A stretch of DNA of 33,442 bases. Source: Ylistrum balloti (Eukaryota). The position numbers and the translations under genes are program-made. The notes beneath the pieces were generated by a model. The model saw only the letters and a program-made list of their open reading frames with translations. It was not told the DNA's origin and did not search any database. The stretch is taken from contig NW_026781947.1 of the NCBI RefSeq assembly GCF_031769215.1, forward strand, positions 62,001 to 95,442, given 5' to 3'. Numbering within the stretch: position 1 is the first letter of the stretch; every line of letters starts with the position of its first letter. Shown one piece after another: positions 1 through 11,515 of this stretch.

Positions 1-1609
1 TCTCAATGAGATCACTATAACGATAGTAAAACTTCCCCATAATTTTCAACAACTTTCATTTTTAGAAAAGTATTACGAGTTTCTCCATAAGTAGAGTTTT
101 GCTTAAAATGTGGACATATATTCTGATGATAACGAAGAGCTGCTATTTTAGTCGCATTATTACATACATCTTTTGTTAGAAGCACAAATGTCCTTTCACT
201 GGGACATTTCATGCCACTCAGTGATGGCCATTTATTCTGAAGACTTATTTAGTCGACTAAATAAGGTTTTATTAAAGAAATATGAGCACGACGATGATGT
301 TTTAATGGCGTTTAAAATAACAGACGTGTGACAACCTGTTATCATGGAAGACAAAAGGTTTCTCTATCGACAATTTTCACCAAAACACCTCTTCAAAAGG
401 ATAAAGGGCTTCATTTTGTTAATGGATATTCTGAAGATGTTATCAACAATATTTTGATCGTACAAGAATGACTTTTTCAAGGGAGAGCTATGTATCACTC
501 CATACAAACATGAAAGACTTCACAATACCAATATCAATGAAACGTTTAGTGTGGTTCCTATCAATGTAAAGCATCGTTAAATTCGCCTTGTGGTATCAAA
601 CGCTTTAAACACCTTCGACTCGACATAATCTTCTAAGTTTGGTTGACACGAACCTTACTTCTTTATTGTACCCTATTGCAATACTGTTTACTCGATTTCA
701 CAACCGCTGAAGGTACTTTTATGTGTATTTCATAACATTTCGAACACCTTCGAAACTTATAATGAAACAGTTCACTATAGCAACATAGATTTTCCAGTCA
801 TTCTATTCATTCCAAGCTTGCGGACTTTCTTTTCAAAGACTTTTGAATGACTATGTAAGTAAATGTTTTTGTACTATCCCAGATCGCATTTCATGAAAAG
901 TATATATATGTTTAGTTTTAAGCCAAGATAAACACTGAGGTTGTAGTCGTAAATTTGACTACATTTCTAATTAATTAATATTTCGTTGCATTTGGCGGCA
1001 TCCTCTTTTTACATACAAGAATTCACATGCTGGCAAAATGTGCCCCTCTCTTTGTTGACATGTTTTGGTTGTCTAAGGAGAATGTATTTGTCAAAGAGCT
1101 TGTATCAAAACTAGTCACAAACACCTCGCAAAATTGAGATTAAAAAATAAAAAGATACAAAATTAGGAGACAAATAGGCTCGGTTTTAGCTTAATTTGCC
1201 TTTAGTTTAAGTTTAAACCATATTTTATTTCATTCATTTTTATGTATACATAATATGCATAATTAATATAAGGATTCAGAAAAAGTATTACATACTTATA
1301 TGAATCTGTCTCCTTAAATAATGACAAGCAGGTGACAACACTAAAAACTTTACAACATACTTAGTAAGAAATATGTTTGAAATAGACAAGTGATAAACTT
1401 TGTAAATATATGAAGGAAAGAAAGACGGAGAGTGAAAGAAAGAGAGAGAGGAGGGGGCAGGGGAGAAAGGGGGATAATGAAGTGTTTTAATACCATTATG
1501 ATACTAAACTGTAGTTGCTACATTGTACATAATTACATATTGTACATCAATTAAACATACGCAAATGTGTTAGTTCACACAACTCTCTGGGATCAATGAG
1601 GTAGCACTA

Positions 1610-4002
1610 TTAATTTGCGAAACGTTTGGTTTTAGAAATAAAATATTGTATACAACGGAAAACGTTTTCATTTTCATTGATAGTTAGATTTGGATCTCCG
1701 TACAAAAGCATGTCGAGTGTGTAATTTTCGGGCAAATTTAAAAAACATCCATTTCTTATGTCTGTATAATTAGAACAAAATAGAAGAAAATGTTCAGTAG
1801 TTTCGTGTGACTGTCTACAGGAGCAATAAGGACTATCGACAAGATTACGACTAAACAGGTGGGCATTTAAAGAACTGCAGGACATCCTTAACCTAGCGTG
1901 ATGAACCTGGTCAAGACGATTCCCAAAATTATAATAAGGAGGGACAGTACGGGAGTGTCTGTGTAGGTAGTTTTTCAGATTACTTATAGAGGGGTTATTT
2001 TTTACTAGTGGTGGTAGCGAGTTCCAAAGGTCGATAGAAGAAGGAAGAAAAGATTTCTTAAATAAATTAGTTTTACAAAATACATTACTCAGATTATCAG
2101 CATCACGTGTATTATATTGATGAGCGTCGGTTCTGCGCTGAGGAAGTAGTTGTGAGAGATATGGGGAGAGAGACCAAAAATCATTTTGTGTATTTGAACT
2201 GTTTTCTTAACATTGCGTCTATATTGTAGACTATCCCATCCAGTTTCCTCATAAAGCTTAGCATGACTAGTTAGTTTAGTCCCACCCGTCATAATTCTAG
2301 CAGCTTCAAGCTGAATATTCTCCAAAGACTGACATTGTTGAATAGTTAAGTTATCCCAGACCATATCGCCATATTCTAGAATAGGTCTGATAAATGAAAA
2401 ATACAAAGTTTGTAGAGAGTTTCTGTCTATTTTGAACTTAAATTTCCGTAAAACAGCGAGTTTATTAGAGGCTTTCTTTATCATAAAGTTAATATGTTCA
2501 GACCAAGTACCATCATGAGAGAAGAAGAGTCCTATATGTTTGTGATGTTTGACCTCATTAACAGGAACGTCATTCATAAGTAAAGGTGGGTGATGGGGCT
2601 TATTGAGTTTTCTACTAATCAGAAGAGATTCAGTTTTATCAGGGTTAAAAGTAACCAACCATTTTTCAGACCAGGCATATATTTTCCTTAAACTGTCATT
2701 CAGTAAGTCTGCACATTGAAGCGGAGTATCTACTATAGCATAAAGTGAAGTGTCGTCGGCAAATAGTTTTATTATTGCGTTAATGTCGTCAACTATGTCA
2801 TTTATAAAAATTAGAAACAGTAGAGGGCCTAGTATTGACCCCTGGGGAACACCAGCCCTTATTACTTTCCACTCAGAGGTTTTACAATTTATAACTACTC
2901 TTTGCTTTCTGTTATCTAAATAACTTCTAAACCACAAATGCAAACTCCCCCCAATGCCTATTTTATGTAATTTAAAAAGTAGCCCTGCATGCCATACTCT
3001 GTCGAAGGCTTTGCTGATATCACAAAAGACCATTCTAATTTCTTTACCTTTATCTAAAGCCGAATATATATCATTAGTAATGGCGAGTAATTGATTAATT
3101 GTAGAGTCACCAGCCCTGAATCCGGATTGGGAAGATGATAATAGAGAGTTCTCAATAATAAACTTATACAGATATTTATATACACATCTTTCCATTACCT
3201 TTCCGACAATAGATATTAATGATATAGGACGATAATTGTTGAGAAGAGAAGGGTTATCTTTTTTAAACACTGACGTAACATTAGCTAATTTCCAATTATT
3301 AGGAAAAGATGAAGTAGTTAAAGAGTTATTGAAGATTACTTGGAGGGGGTAACTCAAGATTATTGCTGCCTCCTTAAGGAGTCTAGGATTAATTAGGTCA
3401 GGTCCGACTGCCTTAGAGCAATCTAGATTTAATAGAACAGAAATAATGTCATTCCTATCTATATATATATGACTAAGAAGAGGTTCGTTGTTAGTAGTAG
3501 GTGGAAGTTCAGCATTAGTATCATCGACGGTAGAGTTGAGACAGAAGAATTCATTAAATGCATTTGCTTTATCAATGTCATCAGAAAAAATAGAAGTTTG
3601 TGTATGAATGGGTGGTATATTACAGGTTTTGTTGGTGTTAAGCATAAGTTTACCTACCGTTTTCCACCAAGACTTCCCACGTGTATTGTTACCCAGCATT
3701 CCACATAGTTTACGGACATATTTAGTTTTTGCATTACGTATTGTATTTACACATTTGTTCCTAATTTTTTTATACTTACACCAATCCTCTATGGTTCCTG
3801 ATCTCTTAGCTAATCTAAATAATCTTTTACGTTTCCGAGCTAACTTACGAATTTCACTGGTCATCCACGGAGGTTCTCTGCTACGTATAGTAACTACTTT
3901 GTTTGGAACACATTCCTTAGCGGTGTTAATGAGTATATCAGCAAAGCCATCGACAGAGGCATCTAAATCATCATATGTTAAAACAGTATCCCAATCAACC
4001 CC
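1610..4002 (-). pseudogene. LINE A ORF2 remnant: reverse transcriptase plus C-terminal CxC..E..H..C motif, no endonuclease, one frameshift at ~2161-2166
   Basis: RT motifs KAVGPD, NYRPISLIS, DISKAFDRVWH, GVPQGSILGPLLFLIFINDI and FADDTSL (2752-2763). Homology starts at GVDWDTVL (~4002), upstream of the track's Met. Shifting frame at the G4 run (2163-2166) gives an open read YLSQLLPQRR...SFLPSSIDLWNSLP...HARLRMSCSSLNAHL into the 1610-1885 ORF. Confidence 0.9.
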
Positions 4003-4220
4003 GGGGGGTAGGGATGACTAGGTGGAGTGGTATACTGAGGCTGGGGCTGAAACCCAGGTTGGCCAGGAGTAAGACTCATTGTATCTCGTAGAGTGAACAC
4101 CTCAGAAAGTTCAGTTAGTTTGTGTCTCTTAGGATCCCGGGGGGTGAGTGAGCCGGTCGAGGAGGAGGAGGATGAACTAACTCGATTACGTTTTTCTCCT
4201 TGAAAAGACGATACAGACAT
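4003..4220 (-). pseudogene. N-terminal ~72 codons of LINE A ORF1, truncated by internal deletion
   Basis: ATG at 4220 begins MSVSSFQGEKRNRVSSSSSSSTGSLTPRDPKRHK, a basic/Ser-rich start similar in style to LINE B ORF1. It abuts ORF2 homology out of frame at CCCCGGGGGG (~3999-4008). Confidence 0.6.
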
Positions 4221-4439
4221 GTGTGCTAAAAGTACATATGAATTGGCAGTTTCAATATTACTAAAACAGTTCAGCGTAGATAACTGTAGGTAAATATGGA
4301 CACCTACATGTTATCATCGGGATACATATACAATGGCTGCCACAGAATGCACGGGCCAGGCATGAGTACTCACTGTTCAATATGAAGGCCAAAATATAGC
4401 TACAAATTGTCAATAATGTGGCATTTTATCGCACTGTGG

Positions 4440-4570
4440 TATAAGGAGGCCTCTAAAAACCCGCCATTTGAATTATGGACCTCAGGACCTCGCTGAATTA
4501 CCTTTTACATTTTTGTTTACCGGAGCTGTTTAGGTTGACGTCATTTCGAGGCCAGAGCGCCATGTTTAAC
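4440..4570 (-). promoter_or_regulatory. Candidate LINE A 5' promoter region (YY1-like and CRE motifs)
   Basis: Minus strand reads AAACATGGCG (~4558-4567), TGACGTCA (4536-4543) and CAAATGGCGG (~4461-4470) in a CpG-richer patch upstream of the ORF1 ATG. These are motif matches only. Confidence 0.3.
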
Positions 4571-4749
4571 GTCGAAACGTCTGCAGTAGTCTGGTGTAGA
4601 AGGAATGCTACCCTAGCAAAGAAATTTATTCAACCACACAATATTTACCTCTTACATATTCATTGAGAAATATTCTATTTCTTTGTATGATATGAAGCTG
4701 GACGTGTTTGATGCTCGTTAGTTTGCACGTTGGTTCCGTTGTTGTATAC

Positions 4750-4800
4750 CTTGTTCTCATTTGACATTACTCACTTGGATTGACCAAGATTTACATGACG
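4750..4800 (+). repeat. Dispersed repeat fragment related to 13904-14010 and ~11040-11105
   Basis: CTTGTTCTCATTTGA..TTACTCACTTGGATTGACCAAGATTTAC here versus CTTGCTCTTATTTGA..TTACTTACACGGATTGACAAGATTTAC at ~13904-13955. Confidence 0.5.
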
Positions 4801-5960
4801 AGTATCGTCTTGTATTTGATTTAGTTTTAATGAATTATAAAATCATTTTTAATTCGGCAATTTTCGACGGAACACTGAACCCTGCTTCAAGTAGTCTTTC
4901 TATCCTATAGTTTCACACTTCAGAAATTGGCTAATGGTGTGTACGTAACAAACACATCACTTAAGATTTACCTGAATATATATTTCTGTTTACAAAAAGA
5001 CAGAAAAATGAGACTAATAAATAATCGAAAAAAATCCTTTCTGACGGTACGGGATTTTAAAAGAGACATCCATTTAATGTTTACCTATATCATGTCTATA
5101 TAATGCGTATCTATATATAAAGGCTAGTCACGTGTGGCACTTCGTAAACAAAACATTTCAAATTGCGAATTATATGTTATGTATGTAATCAACCTATTTT
5201 TTTTCTGAATTAGGAAATAATTATTGTATTCTTACATATTCAGAAAATAAATAAACCCGATCTCACACTTATCTATAGGTAATTTCCAAATTTATATAAA
5301 CCACGATAAAATCGCACATCTGTGCGATAGAACGGCAGAGCTTGCACACAAATGTGCGAAAGCTTATTTCGTTTTCTTTTTTTCCGCACATCCCTCATAG
5401 TGTAACGTTTTATGATTCCACAGCTGTACGTATTACTAATGGAACATGTTACACTTTGTTTTTACGACGGTGTTAAACACTGTTAATGATTTTTTTACTT
5501 TGCTTATATAAAAATGAGATTGTTCCCAATGCTCAAGGTCTCACAAAGATAACAACATTATTTTTTGATGTTTTATGGGTTACTTCTGTGGTGAAGTTTA
5601 CGCTTGCATACATGTCCCAGATTAATTTTATTCTTATTTTATCATGATTATGATTCCTTTCCCTATTCCATTAATCTCAGTTATTCCTCAATTAGTAAAA
5701 CCCTTTTTTACGATTTCCTAATAAACGATCTAGACGTATCACTAAAGGAACTGTTTATTCTCATTGGGTGCGGTTTAAATCTAAATCATATAACATCATA
5801 CATGTAGCTTGTAAATCTAATGTTTATGTTAGTAACGTCGTGATTTTAAATTGGTTCCATCATGGTTTGATACTGCTCATGTATGAAGGGTTTGTATAAA
5901 TATGGATCGAATAATTTTTCGTCCTAATCGACTGACGAGAATTGCTTTGTCTCTTTTCAG

Positions 5961-6469
5961 GTGCCTTATGCGGAGAATATTGCCATATCCCCACTTTGTT
6001 CTTCAAGATTATCTTCTGGCTCGGATACTGTAATTCTATGATAAACCCTATCATTTACGCTTGTTCGAGTCGTGAGTTCCAGAGAGCATTTCGTCGGATC
6101 TTGAGATGCAGAGTTCATAGAAACCCAAGGTTGTTTTACAAATCTAAGTCTAGGAGTACATCGATATCTGATTTGAACTCATCCCACCAACTGTCAGTGA
6201 AAAAATCACCAAATATTTTGTTTAGGTCTGAGTTTTCTCGGCATTCAATGAGGCCAATTTTCCATCCAAGCGTGGTGGTGGATAATGGACGACGAAATGA
6301 TTCACATCTTTACTCTAAAGAATTATATTCGGCGGAATCAGAAAACGGTAAATTATCACCCTGCATGAAGCATTTGAAAATCTGTGAGAGTTGTGATAGT
6401 GAAAACCTCTCTCTCAGTGACGACCAAATGGAGGCTTTAAAGGAGGAATGTCTGCAACATTTACGGTGA
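5961..6469 (+). CDS. ADRA1: Terminal coding exon of an alpha-1 adrenergic receptor-like class A aminergic GPCR (ECL3, TM7, helix 8, C-tail)
   Basis: Acceptor TTTGTCTCTTTTCAG|G at 5960/5961 (phase 1). Translation [32 protein letters not shown] has the NPxxY motif, the ADRA1-type YxCSSxEF helix-8 entry and a possible palmitoylated Cys. Stop TGA at 6467-6469. The upstream exon(s) with TM1-6 are not in the window. Confidence 0.85.
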
Positions 6470-6741
6470 CAGTTATCAACAGTGAAACACCACGAAAACA
6501 ATGGCAAAAAATATATCGACAAGACTAAAAGTGCTGTTTTTCTCATATGGTATCACATTTTCGGCAATCAACTGTGTCTCGAATCATGCGAGAAAAGCTG
6601 TGAGCTAGAACAATATTTATAAAAACGAATTGCTCTGTAGCTTTTGATTATGGCATAAATAGCTGCATGGTGTGGTATAAAAAAAAACATCACGAGCAAA
6701 GACTATAAATGCTTGTGTCTACTTGTTACGAATTCTATTTG

Positions 6742-6747
6742 AATAAA
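6742..6747 (+). terminator. Candidate polyadenylation signal of the GPCR gene
   Basis: AATAAA ~270 nt after the stop codon, followed by GT/T-rich sequence. Confidence 0.4.
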
Positions 6748-7529
6748 GATTGTTTTTGTCTATATGATCGAAGCCGGTCGGTGATGTTTTATGTTTGATG
6801 TGAAAAGATATCCTGAAAACTCCACACAGGGCAACATCTGTTCCTAACCTCTAATATTGGAGAGAATTACTTTTAACATATAATCACCTTACCATCAATG
6901 ATGTGATCGCTGGTGTTTTCAGTCAACCTTTGCTGTCAACTTCGTCGTTAACGATAATCTCATGCTTATTATTTCAAATAAACAAAAATGACAATTTGCG
7001 CAGAATCATCATCGTTAATAAAATGCAATACAGTTAGAGCAAAAATGAAAAAAGAAAGATTTACACGCATACTTCGGAAATGTAAATCTTGGTCAAGTGA
7101 GTACATGCAACGCATGCTCTCTTATGACAACAAGATATACATCAACGGAGCAATTAGGCAAACTAACGAACATCAAACACGTCCAGCTTCATATCGCACA
7201 AAGAAATGTAATATTTCTCAATGAGATAGCTACGTTGACCATAAAACTTCCATTATTCTCCCTAGCCTTTATTTCTCGAAATCCCGTGTTGTGAATTTGC
7301 ATGTCACCTGACGGCATCTAGCACGGTAGCAGGCCTCGACACTCTAATCAGTTGTGACATGTAAACGCCGTAGGTGGGGATGCAGATACGTTACTATCTA
7401 GAAATGGAAAATTCACAATAGGGAAATTGAAGTCATCACGCTTATCGTACAATTTGGAGGAAAACTGTCCATGTTGGTTTCGTTTATTTAGTAGAGTCTA
7501 CCCTGTCTTTGATTTTTAACTCTGGTGAA

Positions 7530-8880
7530 TAAAAACGATGAACAAGGTCAAAAATCCTCAGCTATTTAAAGACAAGACCTCATAAATTTATCTGAATGTG
7601 GAAATGAAGGCCTTTGCAAGGAACATGAAGCCCTGATGTCCCAGTGCTGGATAGCATCATTGGTATACTTTCTGTCCTAGTCTTGATCCCAGCTTGTCTT
7701 ATCTTCTCGTTCTAGCATCATCACTAGTCTTGCCTTCGTTACCTTGTACACCTCTATCACAGAAGTTATAGAGGTAATGTTCAGTTATAAAGCCCAACGC
7801 TAAAGAAACTGGTGGGACTCCAAGCCACCTAAGCAGCTAGCTGCTGATGAAACTTTTCAGTCCTTCCTCTCTGGTTAATGGAACCTCTTATGCATGTCGC
7901 TGTATGGGCTATATGGGTCTTGACAGGAGTCAATGTTTGAAGATCGATCTGTCTTAAACATTCCTAGTAGGTCTGACTTACAGATCTTCCAAAGCCTCAA
8001 TTGCATGTTTCTGCGTGTTGATGATGATACTAGTATATTTCAGTGATACATTAAGCAACTTCTATATACACTAAATCAACCTGTCCACTACGGATGTGAT
8101 GTCCTCGCCTTGTTATTTTAGCTTGATCTGATAGGTTAGTTATACCCTCTTTTTAATCAAACATTTAGGCTTAACCACACTACTGTCAGGTTCCCTCGCC
8201 AGTACATAACCTCTCTGATTAGCTGGTTTATCCAATTGGTATGTTCCACACAACCTGAAAAGCCTTTGCCTTGCATTGAACACTCAGCAGGGAAATCGTT
8301 CTGAATTGCATTATATCATTTAAAGCCTTCTCCTTTGGAACAAAATATTCGTCTTCATTCTGACAACATGCTCGAATAATATCTTTGTTCCACACTTTCT
8401 TCATTAACTTCTACAGTCTTCTTACATACTTTTAAGGTCATCTAGGGGCCTGGTCCTGATGCAGGCCTTGCTTTCATGATATCATGAATCTCCTTTAAAT
8501 TAAAGTCAAGCGGAAACTAAAGGTGATCTTCTGTCTCCGTTCGAGAGCAATTCCCAAGTTGAGCGTTCCTTTCTTCATTTCCATTTGTTTACTCTCTGTA
8601 AGACCTGACCATTTTCTTCTTGAATTCTTTATAAATGAGTATGGGTCGTCCTCTCCCTTGCTCTTTTGTTCCTGGCCTTCATAATCTGCTCAGATTTCCT
8701 GAGCCACACTCTCTAAGGCGTCATCTTGCAGATGCTGCAATCCTATCATTTTTGGATCATTCGCTCAGTTCTTGTCCAAGTCTATCTATGCTTACTCAAA
8801 GTTCTCATCTAAACATCTCTAGGTTGGTTGTTGTTCAAATTTGCCTATTCAAGCTCTCCATCATCCAAGATGTAATCGTT
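7530..8880 (-). mobile_element. Degraded non-LTR retrotransposon RT region, Hero-like (R2-superfamily, RLE type)
   Basis: Frame-hopping translation gives KARPASGPG, KLMKKVWNKDII, FVPKEKALNDIMQFRTISLLSV, GFSGCVEHT..INQLIRE, GNLTVVWL, LRWLGVPP, YKVTKARLVMML and QAGIKTRT. There are many stops, frameshifts and deletions. Confidence 0.75.
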
Positions 8881-10689
8881 CTACATGATACTTAGTCACT
8901 CAAGGAAAACTAATTCATAAAGACACACAAAGTGACTGCTGCAATAGTACTGACTCCAGTCAGTATTAGATTTACTACATAACATGGAAAGTCGTTCTAT
9001 TTTTCGGCAATACATAGAAAAACACTGATATCGTAATAGTGACGTTTATCAGTTGATGGTTGCTGTTGAATATCTCATCATATGATCATGCTCCCATCCG
9101 CACTCCTGACCGCTCATATTTGCTCCAGTAGATAGTTGCTGCCGCCTCCGTTTATGTAGTTGGTTAATCTTGTTAGTGGTTCCGAAAGGATCTCTGTTGT
9201 TGGCGAAACATCCAGGTGGAAATTCAACTATCAACACTTATATAGATTTTCCCTCATCATTCATTAAATATGACATAGAAAATAACTTCGTTACTGAAAT
9301 TATGATTATAGCCTAAGATAGGACAAAAGATCCTATGGATTCCAAACTAACTGTTGTATATCTTTACTCCACTATACACTTTCCGACAACTTATGGCTTC
9401 CATATTATTTCTACCACGGACACATTCTCACTTGTACACTCTTTCCATTGCAGTATTAGTTACACGTGTATGTGCAATGATACATATACAAGGTACCCAT
9501 AAGTGCAACAGCAGTTTATCACAAAACACTACTAGTAAATACCATCCTAAAATAAGCATGATACACAACACAAAAGATGCGCATGATTGAACCACACGAA
9601 TGACTGATTGCTTATATGTGTAACTTATCAAAATATGACAATAAAATAGCAAGATTGATCAAGAAAATTTACGAGGCATCTTTCACAGTGGGTAATCTAG
9701 TAAATATTTCGAGTGTATTTGGAATCGTTCACCTGATCACATACCCGTACGGTTGCCGAACAGTACGAAGACAAGTTATACATGTATCCGAGCTGGAAAA
9801 CAATTTTCTACACATGAAGATTTTCGTCCTTTTTATCAGATTCTCGTTCACCTGATGCGAAGCAAAAACGTTTTGTAAGTAGGCAAGGAGGATGTCGACG
9901 ACGATTTCCAAATGATAATAGACATTCAAAATAAGCAATTAAACTACAAAAACAAAAAGTGCTTCTGACACTATATAACTAAACACATTGGATTTTAATG
10001 ATATATTTTATGGACCCAGATTTACAATTGGACGATTGTATTAGAGAGAAGGGGGAGAACTCCCATAGCGCGGGGAAAAAATAGAGGCAGACGCGATTGT
10101 TCCAGGTCAAATTCACCACGAAGCTTAAAATGCATCCTGCATTTAATATTTATTTCTTTATATATAAAAAATTACAAATCTTTGATTCATTTTGACGATG
10201 ATCGTATAAAGGAGCGGGAAACACTCATTTTTAAAGAAAAAAACAATGTATTCTTTAAACATTTGATAAAGCATGGTGTTATAACATAAGTTCTTTAATA
10301 ATTAGGCAAATCTGGGATAGATATAGCACTGTTACTAATGCAAAACGATATTGTTGGCAGTAATGCAGTTAAGTACTACATATATACAGTTACAAGACAA
10401 CAATATATATAAAGCATTTCCATGTATGAAAATGGCTAACATCAAACTGGATACTAATAATTAATGTAATTACACACAAACCCTTTAGGAAGTAAACGAA
10501 CTATTTCATCAAATAATTTCTACTAGAGTTTGCTTTTGCTTGTTAGAAATATATGCTTTAAAATGTTGCATACTTATCAATAATTGACGGAAACCTTCAT
10601 TCTTACAATCAAAAACGAATTCATTTGGGTTAAACGTTTTTGTCGACACCAGCCATACGTTCAGATTAAGTAATGTCCCGTATTCAAAG

Positions 10690-11110
10690 TGAAAAGAATG
10701 GCTTTAACACTATCATATGATGTTCTTCATACTAACTTGCCAGAATTGAACATCAAAGATACGACATACCTTTCTTTATCAGCCGCTTATCTCGATCTTT
10801 TCCTACAACAAAACAAACATGGACAACTTTCCACAAAAGCTGTATAATAAGCCTTATAATAATTTCCTTATGATTAATTTTCCATTTCAGGATAGCAACA
10901 TCCCTGCATCCTCTAACTACGGTGTTTACATTTCGCAGTTGACTCGATATTCAACAGCCTGTTCGTCATAATTAGAAAATACATATTGTATTCTATTTTT
11001 GTGAAAGTGGACATTTTTGATGCTAGTTTACCTCAGATTACACCGATTAACCAATATTACATATTGTCGATGTTCTCCAGGATACTTACTCTTCTGGAAC
11101 ACCTTAATGT
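10690..11110 (+). mobile_element. Degraded Penelope-like element fragment (RT C-terminal part plus terminal-repeat remnant; probably Naiad-type)
   Basis: Translation PELNIKDTT..SAAYLDLFL...LSTK/LYNK..NF.MINFPF.DSNIPASSNYGVYISQLTRYSTACS (~10740-10970, one frameshift). It is followed by AGGATACTTACTCTTCTGGAACACC, which resembles the terminal repeat of such elements. Confidence 0.7.
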
Positions 11111-11515
11111 ATTCTAATTGTACTTTTCGACGCGTCTTTGTGTATATCTTTTAATTTATTGACCTAGTTCTATCGAATAGAAATTTTAATGACGATCCTG
11201 TTGCTATGTCCATCTTTTTTATCGTTGTGTGTGTCGCTTCTCTTTTTATGTGATTCAAATAGATTTACAAATTGTGTATATTGTATTAATGTATTATCAA
11301 TTGCAAGGCAGTGACGGTTGATCATTGACAGCATTATTAGTGGTGTATCACAGAGACAAGGATCCCGTTAAAGATTCAATGGCTTTGTTTATTATTATTG
11401 GCGATGCAATCGTATAACTTCATTCTCTTGGTCCAACGATTTCAAATTCAGACTTTGCAATAAAATAAAATTCTCTTTCTTTTTTTTCTCTCTTCCTTTA
11501 TCCGGATATTTTCTT

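Larger units (their letters stand above)
1202..4470 (-). mobile_element. CR1-group (Jockey/CR1 superclade) LINE 'A', internally deleted: 5'UTR and ORF1 start joined to the RT half of ORF2, with complete 3'UTR
   Basis: RT ORF at 2089-3864 and C-terminal ORF at 1610-1885. ORF1-like start at 4220. The 3'UTR has a CT-rich tract and a stem-loop and ends AATAAAATATGGTTTAAACTTAAACTAAA (~1202-1229), matching the end of LINE B. The 5' boundary (~4440-4600) is approximate. Confidence 0.85.

Noticed and set aside
15-900. Possible decayed coding sequence on the minus strand
   Set aside because: Only short open stretches (at most 65 aa) with no motif I can recognise; BLASTX would be needed.
3469-4021. 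Plus-strand ORFs overlapping LINE A (likewise the minus-strand ORFs at 15046-15339 and 17600-20830 over LINE B)
   Set aside because: Antisense shadows of retroelement coding sequence with no recognisable motifs.
5111-5400. Helitron-like start ATCTATATATAAAG and small GCACA/TGTGC hairpins
   Set aside because: No matching 3' hairpin-CTRR end was found; the motif is common in AT-rich DNA.
7290-7500. GC-richer island that looks like a dispersed repeat
   Set aside because: No termini, internal repeats or second copy in the window to support a call.
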